Shown here one piece after another: positions 1 to 12,586 of a stretch of DNA of 64,000 nt (position 1 is the stretch's first letter; each line of letters starts with the position of its first letter). The notes under the pieces are model-generated. The model was not told the origin of the DNA, ran no database searches, and saw only the letters and a program-made list of their open reading frames with translations. The stretch lies in contig CM059431.1 of the NCBI GenBank assembly GCA_030390025.1, positions 125,304,001-125,368,000 of the forward strand. The letters run 5' to 3'. A program made the position numbers and the translations under genes. The stretch is from Squalus acanthias (lineage: Eukaryota).

Positions 1-1783
1 GTTATTTTGAAGCAAACCTCCAGATCTGTTGAGGCATCAGAATCTTCACTTGCTCTGTGAGAGCCCTGGTCTGGTGTGACTCTCATTTTATGTATGCTGT
101 GCATCTGTGGAATCATGAGCCTGGTGTTCAGAGGACAGCCTTTGTCCTCAAGCAGCCAGCCTAACACCCGACAGTCTGGGTGGAAGAGATTCGGTATTGA
201 GGACTGACGTAGGATGAGGCCATCAGGACTACTGCCAGGATACCAGTCACAGACCTGCATAAATCATTGCCTATGGTCGCAGATAGGTTGTTCATTTAAC
301 AAATTAAATCCCTTCCTGTTGCAGTAGAGGGTTTGGTCTTGTACAGGAGCACACAGAGCCACATCGATGCAGTTTATGACCCCCTCCACCTAAGGAGGTC
401 CAGAAACTCTTGCAAACCCCACTGCACTCTCCTCCTGCTTGGCAGCCTCCATTGGTGATGAATTCCTGGCAGCTAGCAAACAGTGCATCTGTGACCCCCT
501 TGTTTGCATTGTGCGCAGCAAACTGAGAAATGCTACTGATGTCACCTGCTCAATGTTGTAAGGAGCCCAATGCAGAAAGGTTCAGGGTCAGTGAGCTTCA
601 CAGCCACAGGCAGTGCTGTGGACACCCTGGTGCAGGGCTGCAATTTGTGGTTCAGCAGGTGGCAGAGGTAAGGCACTACCTCCTTGGGGAAACGGAGCCG
701 CTGGATGCACTGCTCCTCTGTAAAGTTGAGGTAGGTAATCCAGTTCCTGTGCACCCTCATGGTGTAAGGCTTCCTTCGCCTTCCCTCCTTTTGCTCTCTT
801 CCAGCAGCCTGTACAGCCCTCTGCGGTCTTTCTTGCTGCTGTTGCCATTGTCCCTGCTCCTCATGTCATAACCCCAAAGGCAGATCAAACAGAATACTTA
901 TGTTCCAACAATGTTGGGAAGGCAATCCTTGGACAGAGTGCAGGACCTCCCAAAAATCACACTTTGAGTTCAGGTCAGTGAAACAGCAGCTGAAACAAAC
1001 ATCAGTACCACACTCTGCAGTAACCTAACAACTCCAAACAGAGACTTACCTTAATGGAGGTGAGTATCCCTTTAAATAACACTTCTGGAGCATGCTTCCT
1101 GACTGTTAAGCCAATAACTTCCAGGTCAAGGTTAAGGCCCAGCGAATCAGGTGCTTCCACACACAAATTTAAGAAACAGGTCCTTATTTTTTTTCATTCA
1201 TTGGATGTGGGTGTCACTGACAAGGTCAGCATTTATTGCCCATCCCTAATTGCCCTTAGAAAGTGGTGGTGAGTCACCTTATACAAATGAGTGGCTTGCC
1301 AGGCCATTTCAGAGGGAAGTTAAGAGTCAACCACACTATGGGACTGGAGTCACATATAGGCCAGTATTTACTTCCCTAAAGGACATTAGTGAACCAGATG
1401 AGTTTTTACGACAATCTGGTAGTTTCATGGTCACCATTACTGATCCTAGCTTTTTATTCCAGATTTATTTAATTAACTGAATTAAAATTGTCTAGCTGCC
1501 GTGATAGGATTGGAATTCATGTCTCCAGATCATTACTCCAGATTACTAGTCCAGTAACATAACCACTATGCTACCATACCCTATGATTAGGCACAGGACC
1601 CTCATTTTAATATTTAAACCAAAACTGTGCTTCTTGCTGGCCGCCTAAAAAATCTCAGGACAAATTTAGCTGTGGCACAGGTGCACATGCAAATTGGGCG
1701 CGGGAAATCGCACTGCTAAATTCGTCATTGTTGCACTTGTTTCACGCCTGAGAAACAGGCGCAACTTTGTGGAATTTAGACCC
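1..1783 (-). mobile_element. Degraded PIF/Harbinger transposon (transposase relic about 20-870, terminus near 1783)
   Basis: ORF 542-760 (YLNFTEEQCIQRLRF...LQP...LPVAVK) matches the transposases at 14428 and 39843; YPGSS-type codons near 230-245; TIR-like GGAATTTAGACCC ending near 1783. Confidence 0.8.
1186..1581 (-). mobile_element. tRNA-derived SINE sharing its 5' about 300 nt with the LINE at 3357, followed by a LINE-type 3' tail and A-rich end
   Basis: Reverse complement of about 1285-1581 aligns with 3358-3675 (GGTAGCATAGTGGTTATGTTACTGGACTAGTAAT...GCAAGCCACTCA); ends in AATAAA...GAATGAAAAAAAA. Confidence 0.85.
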
Positions 1784-1989
1784 CAACATATCTTATTGGA
1801 GTCTAGGGACTGGCGGATCTTGGGATATCTGTGAGTATTTCCTTCGTTCTCATTCTGCGAGTTTTTCCTTTGGTGTTGAACATTGTGCAAGTAACCTTAG
1901 TAGAGATCAAACAGTGTTCAAGTTGCTGACCTCATCTGAACTAGGTGGACATTGATCATTTTGCGTCTAGCAAATCCTATGTTCCCAAG

Positions 1990-2220
1990 GAGGCATGCTC
2001 ACGGGAATCCTTCCCCTCCCTAAGGGCCCAGGACTACATATCTGCACTTATCTGAGGAGCAGTGCTTAAGGAGGCTGCACTTCTCAGGGAGGCAGGCAGA
2101 GAGTTCCACCACTTCCTGCAATAAAGCCTGCAATCAGCTGTGACAGGTAAGGCTATATTGTCTATTGCAGCCAAAGTCACTACAGCCCTGAACTTCTTTG
2201 TCTCTGGATCCTTCCAGGTT
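1990..2220 (+). pseudogene. Harbinger transposase N-terminal relic
   Basis: tctgaggagcagtgcttaaggaggctgcacttc (SEEQCLRRLHF) and gccctgaacttctttgtctctggatccttccag (ALNFFVSGSFQ). Confidence 0.75.
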
Positions 2221-3356
2221 AAAGTACTTTTCTCTTATTCTAAAAGAAACCACTGAATATTTGAATATTTATCTCCTGTTTTTCAATGGCATCTACTCAC
2301 ACTTGATCACACAGTGGAGAAAAAGTCCTATGCCGCCGTCATTTTCTCATCAGGCCTATTAAAGAACCAGTTTTATACCCGGCACAATGTTAGTACATTT
2401 CTATTGTACACGGTTTAGTATTTGCACCATGAAAGTGAAAAATTCTGCCATCTATTAAATATCGATTGTAGCCAATACATTACAAAGATAGAAACTATTT
2501 TAAATAAAGCATTTGGGTTTGAACAAGCTAAGCAATTTTCCAAGTTTCATAATCAGCTATTGCTAGATTAGCCTTCAACATAACATATTGGTTCAATTAC
2601 AAAACCATTTACAGTAATTTGGTTAAACATAATAAAGTTATGAGTTCCCTCAAATCAGAGTCAGAAGCGTAATGCTGTGATAGCTTTTTAGGACATCTTA
2701 ATTATTAGAAATTAAATTACTTCAATTTTACTGTTAAGGAGGGAAAACAATTAAATGAGATAGAGATTGCAAAATGTTAATGAGATTGGTTCACTGCACA
2801 TGACCATGAAAGCTTTAAGTTAAACAGATGCTTCTCATTGTGCAAACAAGCACTCCTTATTGTGTGCCAAGGAATCATGGGGTCGATTTTTGTTTCTGCC
2901 CCATTTAGGCCCTATAAACAGAGAGGTAGCTAGATTGGGGGGTGAGGGGGAAATTGACTCACTGTTGGAGGTCGGTGCATTCTGATTTTCGGCCTGACCT
3001 TAATTTAGGTGACCAGCACTCCCGCTGGGACAAGCAGGGACCTAATTAAAATATTCAAACAGGGGTCAACTGATGTCAGGAGCCCCAATGCCATTTTTGT
3101 GTCTATCAGCAGTATTTCCTCAATCCTCCCACAAATCATAGGAGACAATAATAGCGCTATTTAAAGGGATACTCACCTGCTGTCATTTAAAATGCTGTAA
3201 AGTTTTGGAAGATATTTTGCTGGTAGTTTCTGGAGGTTTTGGCTTCTTAGGTGATGATAAAGTTCTTGTTGTTGCTGTACAACCTTCTGAAATCTAACAC
3301 ACAAAGGCAAACTAGATGGACCTTGGTCTTTTCTCATCGAGCAAAACCTATATTGT

Positions 3357-5324
3357 GGGGAACGGTAGCATAGTGGTTATGTTACTGGACTAGTAATCCA
3401 GTGGCCTGGACTAATGATCCAGTAGATGTAAGTTCAAATTCAGTTAATTAAATAAATCTGGAATATAAAAAAAGCTAGTATCAGTAATGGTGACCATGAA
3501 ACTATCGGATTGTCGTAAAAACCCATCTGGTTCACTAATGTCCTTTAGGGAAGGAAATCTGCCATTGTTACCTCGTCTGGCAGCTATGTGACCTCAGACC
3601 TATATGTGACTCCAGACCCACAGCAATGTGATTGATTCTTAACTTCCCTCTGAAATGACCGAGCAAGCCACTCAATGTAACAAACTGCTACAAAAAACAA
3701 TAATAAGAATAAAACCGGATGGTTGACTTCAGCACCGGCTTCTGATACGATAACGACACAGTCGACCCTGCAAAGTCCTCCTCACTAACGTCTGGGGACT
3801 TGTGCCAAAATTGGGAGAGCTCTCCCACAGACTAGTCAAGCAACAGCCTGACATAGTCATATTCACAGAATCATACCTTTCCTTCAATGTCCCAGACTCC
3901 TCCAGCACCATCCTTGAGTATGTCCTGTCCCACCGGCAGGACACACCCACCAGGGATGGTGGCACAGTGGTATATACAGTCGGGAAAGAGTGGCCCTGGG
4001 AGTCCTCAAAATTGACTCCGGACCCCATGAAGTCTCACGGCTTCAGGTCAAACAGGGGTAAAGAAACCTCCTGCTGATTACCACCTACCGCCCTCCCACA
4101 GCTGATGAATCAGTACTCCTCCATGTTGAACACCACTTGAAAGAAGCACTGAGAGTAGCAAGGGGACAGAATATACTCTGGGTGGGGGACTTCAACATCC
4201 ATCCCCAAGAGTGGCCCGGTAGCACCACTACTGACCGAGCTGGCTGAGTCCTGAAGGACATGGCTGCCAGGCTGGGCCTATGACAGGTTGTGAGAGAACC
4301 AACACGAGGGGAAAACCTACTTGACCTCATCCTTACCAATCTACCTGTCGCAGATGCATCTGTCCATGACAGCATTGGTAGCAGTGACCACCGCACAGTC
4401 CTTGTGGAGACAAAGACCCGTCTTCACATTGAGGTCAACCTCCATCGTGTTGTGTGGCCCTACCACCATGCTAAATAGGATGGATTCAGAACAGATCTAG
4501 CAGCTCAAAACTGGGCATCCATGAGGCGCTGTGGGCCATCAGCAGCAGCAGAATTGTATTCCACCACAATATGTAACCTCATGGTCCGGCATATCCCTCA
4601 CTCTACCATTACCATCAAGCCAGGGGACCAACCCTGGTTCAATGAGGAGTGCAGAAGATCATGCCAGGAGCAGCACCAGGCATACTTAAAAATGAGTGCC
4701 AACCTGGATAAGCTGCAACACAGGACTACATGCAAGCTAAACAGTGGGAGCAAGATGCTATAGACAGAGCTAAGCGATTCCACAACCAACGGATCAGATG
4801 AAAGCTCTGCGGTCCTGCCACATCCAGTCGTGAATGGTGGTGGACAATTAAACAACTAATGGGAGGAGGAGGCTCCATGAATATCCCCATCCTTAATGAT
4901 GGCGGAGCCCAGCACGCTAGTGCAAAAGACAAGGCTGAAGCCTTTGCAACCAGCTTCAGCCAGAGTGCCGAGTGGATGATCCATATCGGCTTCCTCCTGA
5001 CGTCCCCACCATCACAGAAGCCAGTCTTCAGCCAAATTGATTCACTCCACGTGATATCAAGAAACGGCTGAGCGCACTGGATACAGAAAAGGCTATGGGC
5101 CCCGACAACATCCCGGCTGTGGTGCCAGTACAGCTACAAGACTGGAATCGACCCGACAATGTGGAAAATTGCCCAGGTATATCCTGTCCACAAAAAGCAG
5201 GACAAATCCAATCTGGCCAATTACCGCCCCATCAGTCTACTCTCAATCATCAGCAAAGTGATGGAAGGTGTCGTCGACAGTGCTATCAAGCGGCACTTAC
5301 TCACCAATAACCTGCTCACCGATG
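3357..5324 (+). mobile_element. CR1-group LINE, 5' portion: tRNA-derived leader, APE endonuclease and start of RT; frameshifted and 3'-truncated
   Basis: LTNVWGL, PDIVIFTESYL, YRPP, WVGDFN, PTRGENLLDLILTN, SDH (APE); GPDNIP, WKIAQVYPVHKK, NYRPISLLS (RT N-terminus); A box TAGCATAGTGG at 3366-3376. Confidence 0.9.
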
Positions 5325-7127
5325 TTTTATCGGAAAGAGGACGAGGTGATGGTCGGTGATAGAGGAAAGCTAAGGAGTGTAGGACTGTTGGTGAATGGGG
5401 AGGTGTGGTTCAGGTTACTGGTATCACTCTGAATAATGTGATCACGGGCTCCCAGAAAGACAGGGGCTGTCTACGTTGTAGACTCCCTTCCTCTTCCTGT
5501 TCCTCCACTTCCTGTTGCACTTTCACCTGCTCCACTTCCTACGACTCCTCAGCTTCTCACCTGATAGGTATTGGCAAAGGCTGTTCCCTCACAATAGCCA
5601 GGTTGTGCAGCATGTAGCATACTACCGCAAATCTTGATACCCGCTCAGCTGAGCACTGCTGTGCTCCTCCAGCATGGTCCAGGCAGCAGAAGCATTGCTT
5701 GAGGATGCCGATGGTGTACTCTATGATATTACTTGAGGGAGCATGATTCTCATTGTACGCCTGCTTTGCATGTGTGCATGGGTTCCTGACCGGAATAATG
5801 AGCCATGTCATGAGGGGATAACACTTGTTGCCCAGTAGCCAGCTTTTGACTTGCCGTGGCAGTTCAAATACAGGTGAAACAGAGGACTGCCGCAGAATGA
5901 AACAATTGTGACTGCTGCCAGGATAATGGGCATCCACCCTAATGATGCCCTGCCTGTGGACACACACCAGCTGCACAATGAGGGAGTGGAATCCCTTTCA
6001 GTTGATGAAAATGGCCCTGTTCAGATGAGGAACACATAAGGCAATGTGCATGCAGTCAACGGCACCCTGCAACATGGGGAAGTCTGCAATCCGTGCAAAA
6101 CTTCATGCTTGCTCCCCTGCTTGTCTCTGGCAAGAGGGAATGAGATGAATGTGTTTCTCTGTGTGTAGAGAGCCTCAGTGACCTCCCTTATACAGCAGTG
6201 CACTGCAAACTGCGAGATAGTGCTTATATCTCCAGCAGCAGCCTGAAAGTAGCCAAACACATGAAAGCTAACAGCCACAGTTACCTTGACAGCCACAGGC
6301 AATGCTCTCCTTGCCATGCTTTGTGGCTGCAGTTGTGGCTGCAGCAGTTGGCAGATTTCACTTACGCCCTCTTTTGTGAAGCGAAGACGTCTCAAGCATC
6401 AGTCCTCGCTGCAGCTGATGTAAGTGTATTGCTCCCTGAAGACCCTTGACAGATATGGCCTCCTGCTAAGAGAGCCCTTTTTCCCCCTTTTCCTCCAGAG
6501 CAGCTTGTCCTGCTCTACGTGGCCTCTCTTCATTCTCCCAGTCATGTTCAATTCCTTCATTCTCCCAGTCATGTTCAATTCCAAGAGGAAGTCTTACCAG
6601 GCCACCTATGTCTGTAAGCAACTTGTTTCTGCACAAGCTTTTAATGAACAAAGATTAATTCAGCACCAGCCAGACCACTCCCTGTAGAGTACTCAAACTT
6701 TAGCCAAATTTAGAAAAATTCCAAAAATGCGTTCAATTGCATCAGCAGCCAGAAGAAATAATCCAGCAACTGATCTGTAAATAATTCGTCATCCCCTTTA
6801 AGTAGTGATGGTGGCGGGGGTTCTTCATTCCGTTTAACGTCGTGATTAGCAGTGTGAAGTTAAGACAGGGAGTTGGCAGGAGTGTGGGGATTCGAAAATG
6901 GCAGCGGTGGCTTCAAATCAGCATTGCACACTGATTTACGTCATCATCTCATTGCTTTGCATGCTGCCAGCGGTTGTTAGGCGTGAGCGTTCAAACCCCT
7001 TTACCAAGATGGCACCATGCGTACTTCCCATCGGAAGTGTGCGTGCGCATCTCGGACCCCATTTTCGAGTGTTAGGTAGCTGTGTAGCACCTAAGAAATG
7101 GTCACTACATGGCCCAATTTAGCCCCC
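5325..7127 (-). mobile_element. Truncated Harbinger transposon with disrupted transposase (about 5480-6580)
   Basis: ORFs 6021-6395 and 5557-5976 (QLVCVH, YPGSSHN, LLGNKCY, IIEYTIGILKQ); terminus CCCAATTTAGCCCCC near 7127; 27-bp tandem duplication at about 6530-6582. Confidence 0.88.
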
Positions 7128-7269
7128 ATGGAGTCATCTGGGAGTGTTGAAGGAAAAAGCAGGACTTTTGATATGTACCATACAATGCAGATATTTCACG
7201 ATTTGCACTGTAATAGGCGTTGATTTTAACTGCCACCGTGATTCCATCACACACCTCTTTGAGGATAAT

Positions 7270-7757
7270 ATTTCTGGCGCAGAGCTGCTGGAATTTCCAC
7301 TGACCGGCGAACTGCCTGTGAGTGTTGGTACAGCGCGTGCACCTTGCAGGCTATATTGAAATGAGGCTTGCCCCTTAAAATGGCTTGGGCCTCTCGGCAG
7401 GGGCTTCAAGTGAGCGGCACCAGCGTTCCTCCAGACACCTGACCAAAATCTGCCCAACGTTACCTGAAAGGCAAGTGGATCCCAGGCCAGAAGAGGCTCA
7501 GAATGATAAGTGTTTTAAATTTTTCTTTTGGTTTCCTTGTGGGCCAGGAGGAGCCTTCCCTTGGCCATGGCTACCCTCCCCCTCCCCCAACGACGATGCC
7601 CTGCCAAGCCCCATCCCAACCGCTTACCACAATTAGCAGCTACAGTTCCGACATATCCTCTGCCTGTAGCCGCCCGAAATCACAACGGTTACTGTCTGTC
7701 TCAGCACCCAGCCCACCCCCCCCCAACCCGATTCACGCCCTGAATTAAAATTGGGCC
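7270..7757. mobile_element. Probable Harbinger-type MITE
   Basis: GC-rich island bounded by GCTGGAATTT and AAAATTGGGCC; internal gggccaggagga motif shared with MITEs at 31495 and 57580. Confidence 0.5.
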
Positions 7758-8255
7758 TTATTCTTTTACAATTTTGATGGCAGTGATTACTTAAAGGTAA
7801 ATGCCTGCTTATGGGGGAAAACAATTCTATTGGTCCTTATAAATGGATTTAAAATCATTTGCAGCCTTTACAAAGGCTGTAAATGGAAGGGCAGTAAATA
7901 CCTGGCAAGAATGAAATGAATGCATGAAATGGAGACAGAGTAAATGACAGTGCAGCACAACACCTACCCGCTATTTGACAGCTGGCAAAGTGGATGTTCT
8001 GTCGTCGTTCTGTTTGGCACTCAAGGACGGCAGTGGACCAGGTCAGGCAAAGAGCTGCACCTAGGTACAATACTGGATACATTACAACAACAATAAAAAC
8101 AACTTGCATTTATATAGCGCCTTTGATATAGTAAAATTCCCAAGGTGCTTCACAGGAGCATTATCAAACAAAATTTGACACCGAGCCACATAAGGAGATA
8201 TTAGGGCAGATAACTAAAAGCTGGTCAAAGAGGTAGGTTTTAAGGAGCGTCTTAA

Positions 8256-10402
8256 AGAACATAAGGACATAAGAAATAGGAGCAGGAGTAGGCCATATGG
8301 CCCCTCGAGCCTGCTCCCCATTCAATAAGATCATGGCTGATCATCCACCTCCACTCCACTTTCCCACCCGATCTCCATATCCCTCGATTCCCCTAGAGTC
8401 CAAAAATCTATCTATCTCAGCCTTGAATATACTCAAAGACTAAGCATCCACAGCCCTCTGGGGAAGAGAATTCCAAAGGTTCACAACCCTCTGAGTGAAG
8501 AAATTCCTCCTCATCTCAGTCTTAAATGGCCTATCCCTTATCCTGAGTCTATGCCCCCTAGTTCCAGACACTCCAGCCAGGGGAAACAACCTCTCAGCAT
8601 CTTCCCTGTCAATCCTCTTCAGAATCTTGTATGTTTCAATGAGATCACCTCTCATTCTTCTAAACCCCAGAGAGTAAAGGCCCATTCTACACAATCTCTC
8701 ACCATAAGAAAGCCCTCTCATCCCAGGAATCAATCTAGTGAACCTTTGTTGCACCACCTCCAAGGCAAGTATATCCTTCCTTAGATAAGGAGACCAAAAC
8801 TGTGCACAATACTCCAGGTGTGGTCTCACCAAGGTCCTGTACAATTGTAGCAAGACTTTCTTACTCTTATACTCCAACCCCCTTGCAATAAAGGCCAACA
8901 TGCCATTTGCCTTCCTTATTGCTTGCTGTACCTGCATTCTAGCTTTCTGTGTTTCTTGCACGAGGACACCCAAATCTCTCTGAACACCAACATTTAAAAG
9001 TTTCTCACCATTTAAAAATGATTCTGTTTTTCTATTCTTCCTACCAAAGTGAATAACCTCACATTTCCCTACATTATACTCAATCTGCCACCTTACTGCC
9101 CATTCACTTAGTCTATCTATATCCCTTTGCTATGTTCTCCTCACAGCTTACTGTCCCATCTAGTTTTGTATCGTCAGCAAACTTGGATACATTGGCCTAG
9201 AAATTCGGGTGGCCGGCTTGCCGCGGGGTTAAGGATCGCGCGCGCTCTTACCTACCGCGCCTGCCGTTGTGTTTCAGGGCCCACAGGAACTTCGGGTCCT
9301 GGGCCTCTCCCTAGTGCCGGCGCGCAGTGCTTGCGTGTCCCAGGGGCGCAGTTAGTGCGATGCGACTCCTGGGATCACATGGGCCATGGAGAGCCAATGG
9401 CAGCAGACCATCTTTCATTCATAGATTTGACAGGAGACCTGTCAAATCTGTGAATTGAAATCGGCCCCAAAAGAACAGCTAAACCTCAAATAAATTTAAA
9501 AAAAAACATTTATAAAATAACTATAGTTAAATAAATTAACCACTTTAAACAAAAATTTAAATTTTTGAAAAAATTAAAATTCTTTTTAAAAGTTATAAAA
9601 ATAAACTTACCTTTCTTTAAAGTTTCTAAAAAAGATAAACCTGTTGAAAAAAAATTAAAATTATACTTAATTAACTACTTACCTTGATCAAAAGGAGTCT
9701 TACGCCTCCTTTTTACTTGTGTAAAATCTTCCATACTTACCCTCGCGTTGAAACCTGAAAAAAAACCTAAGTGTGCTGCGTGCGCGCAGCCTCTAGTGCG
9801 CACGTGGTTCACCTAGGAACCGCCCCCTTCGCCATACTGGAAGTGCCGGTTTCCCGTGCATGCAGGAAACCGGCACTTCGGGAACGAATACGGGTGAGTA
9901 TGCAGCGGGTACTCTCCCGTATTCGGACGAATTTTTGGGCCATTATACTCGGTCCCTTCATCTAGGTCATTAATATAGATTGTAAATAGCTGAGGCCCCA
10001 ACACTGATCCTTAAGGCACCCCACTAGTTACAGCCTGCCAACCTGAAAAAGACCCATTTATCCCTACTCTCTGTTTTCTGTCCATTGACCAATCCTCTAT
10101 CCATGCTACTATTTTAGCCCCAACCCCATGAACCCTTATCTTGTATAATAACGTTTTATGTGACACCTTATCGAATGTCTTTTGGAAATCCAAATATTCT
10201 ACATCCATTGGTTCCCCTTTATCTACCCTGCTAGTTACATCCTCAAAAAACTCGAATAAATTTGTCAAACACGATTTCCCTTTCATAAAACCATGTTGAC
10301 TCTACCGAATCATGTTATGATTTTCTAAGTGCCCTGATACCACTCACTTCCTTAACAATGGATTCCAGCATTTTCCCGACGACTGGTATAAGGCTAACTG
10401 GC
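8256..10402 (-). mobile_element. CR1 LINE, 5'-truncated RT region, interrupted by a MITE
   Basis: ORFs 10011-10286 (KSCLTNL, YLDFQK, SGVP) and 8440-8973 ([17 protein letters not shown]); (CTTATGTT)-type tail at 8256. Confidence 0.95.
9194..9941. mobile_element. MITE with GGCC termini and ATT TSD
   Basis: TIRs GGCCTAGAAATTCG / CGAATTTTTGGGCC; ATT at 9191-9193 and 9942-9944; removing it restores the CR1 sequence. Confidence 0.92.
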
Positions 10403-10733
10403 TAAAAAAGTTAATTAAAGGAGGAAAGAGAGGTTTACGGACAGCATTCCAGAGCTTAGGGCCATAGCAGCTGAAGGCATGGTCGCCAATGCTGGAATGA
10501 TTAACATCGGGGATGCACAACAGGCCAAATTAGAGGAGCGCAGCTATCTTGGACAGTTTTAGGGCTGGAGGAGGTTACAGAGATATGGAGGGGCGAGGCC
10601 ATGGTGGGAGGCATAAACATTCAGGGCAGTGGCAATGTTGCAGGCCACGAGCAGTACCTTGACTATTTGCAGGGTGGTGCTGGTGTCCTTGCAGCAGATG
10701 GCAAGATTCTGCCCCCCTCTTTGCTGACTCAGA

Positions 10734-12519
10734 GGACTGGATTTTGCCGGCGCTCTGAGGGCAGGTTTGGAGGTGGGTCCGTTGTCAAAATAGCAAAGAT
10801 TGACAGCGTTTAGGAAACCCGCCTCCACGCGAGTCTCCCAGGTGTCGGGTCTGTCTGCGGAGAACTGACCCGACACCAAGCGACGGGGGAGACAATTGAA
10901 ATCATTAAATGGCTTGTTAAAAGCCAATTTAATGCTATTTTGAGGCTACCTTCCAATTTTATGTGCTCCCCCACGGGTTACCCACTGCTCGGGGAACACG
11001 CCAGCTCACCCTGGCGTGAGTTGAGCCTGCTTTGATGTATCTGAGAAGCTGACAGCTGCAGAAGTGGTATAAAGGATGCCATATTGCAGATGTTCAGTTT
11101 CATTTGGTTACTGCATTTGTAAGACCTATAGAGATTTCTTTAGCTTGCAAGTGTTTAGAGCCAACTGTATGTCCAGTGCCACCTCATTGGAACAACCAAT
11201 CTCACCATTGACAGATCACTTCTGTCATCTCACCTGCAGCTGCCATCAATTGCAGCAACATTGGTGCCCTTGATACTATCTCACCTTGGTCCTCTGATTC
11301 CTTCCATGCTAAGCCCCAATACCAATATCACCAGGCACACCAGCAGCACCAACACCATCACCAACCTTCTCCGCCAACACCTGATGCTGCACAGGACACA
11401 GGGCATCAGCCCCAGGCAAAATTGCTGCCCGGGAGGCCAGCGATGGCATCACCGTGGCCAGATTTACTTTGGTTGACGCTGGTATCCTTGGCTGCCACAT
11501 GATGCGCCAGGTTGACACCATCCCACACCAGCACCGTGAAGGATCCCTTTAATGTCCAAGCCATTCCATGCACACTCATCACTATAGCGGGGCGGGGGGG
11601 GGGGGGGGGGGGGGCGGCGCGGGGGGCTGGAAGTTATGCCTCAACATTCACTGGAACTCAGTAAGACACTTCTCAAGGTACGCACAGATCTGTCCAATAA
11701 GTTGAAGTGTTGAAAATATAGATTTCAGTGATGACAACACATTACCAGAAACTTCACATGAACATTGGCTAAACCTCTCAAGTGCCTACCCATAGTTGGT
11801 ATGCTTGCAGTAGAATGAGGGTGAGTGTGAGGATGGCTAGTGAGATGGGGAAGTGATAATATAGATAGAGAGGGTTGAGTGGAGATGCAAGGTAAGTTGG
11901 TGTGAGTAAGGATGTGCAGGAGAAGGGTATGGAAGGCAGAGTGATGGGGATGTGTTGAGTGGCACAGCAGGGTGAGTTTGAGTGTAGCTTTGCAGCAATG
12001 TTTTGTGATCCACTGAGATCATTGAAAGGTTGGCGTCACTGCAGCCAGGGACTCCTGATGACATCCCTACTTTTGCCCTCCTGTGCAATGTTCAACCAGG
12101 CTGCGTTGGTCTCCTGGGGAGGTCTCTTCCGCCCTTGAAGGGACGAGAACCTCCCTGCGTGCTGTGACTCCCTCCATAAGCATATGGAGGGAGTCATGAG
12201 AGAGCCTGGGTGCAACTGTCCACCTTTGTGCAATGCTTGTCAGTGTTTGCAGCACCTCAATACTGTAAAACACTGACAGAACAACTGTCAAACTCAATGT
12301 GGCCGTGGTCCCTTTAAGAAAACCGTCTGATGACGCGTCATCAAATGACGTCATCAGACCCGCTTCCTGTTAATTGGCCTGGGAAGCCCGCAGGGCGGGC
12401 TTAACAAGGCCAATCAAGGGAAAATCCCTTTGACAGAGCGGCTGCAGCCGGGAGCAGGACCAAAACCCGGTAACCAGCTATCCCGCCACCATCCCGACAC
12501 CACAGAGAAAATCCAGCCC
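10734..12519. mobile_element. Non-autonomous Harbinger derivative of about 1.8 kb, copy 1
   Basis: Termini GGACTGGATTTT / AAAATCCAGCCC; colinear with 52033-53830; Myb exon-1 relic on the - strand at about 12010-12240. Confidence 0.85.
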
Positions 12520-12586
12520 TGCGGAGATAGTTATCCTCAGTCATTGACAGCTAGGTGTGCCTAGGTCTGCCGATATGCTTGAGGGC

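Larger units (their letters stand above)
8095..10620 (-). mobile_element. L2-type LINE 3' end (8095-8255 and about 10410-10620) split by a CR1 insertion
   Basis: Tail acaacttgcatttatatagcgccttt; the sequence resumes after the CR1 at ttaaaggagg; colinear with the copy at 28145. Confidence 0.7.

Noticed and set aside
3358..3441. Functional tRNA-Thr gene
   Set aside because: The anticodon arm is duplicated, there is no acceptor stem, and it is fused to a retroelement body
7967..8059. Possible minus-strand exon (tag|GTGCAGC...GCGG|gtaggt; AALCLTWSTAVLECQTERRQNIHFASCQIA)
   Set aside because: Splice-like ends and one open frame, but no recognisable protein and no partner exons; needs RNA-seq
11588..11626. 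Long G run as a functional G-quadruplex
   Set aside because: The paralogous site at about 52901 has a shorter run; slippage or homopolymer error explains it
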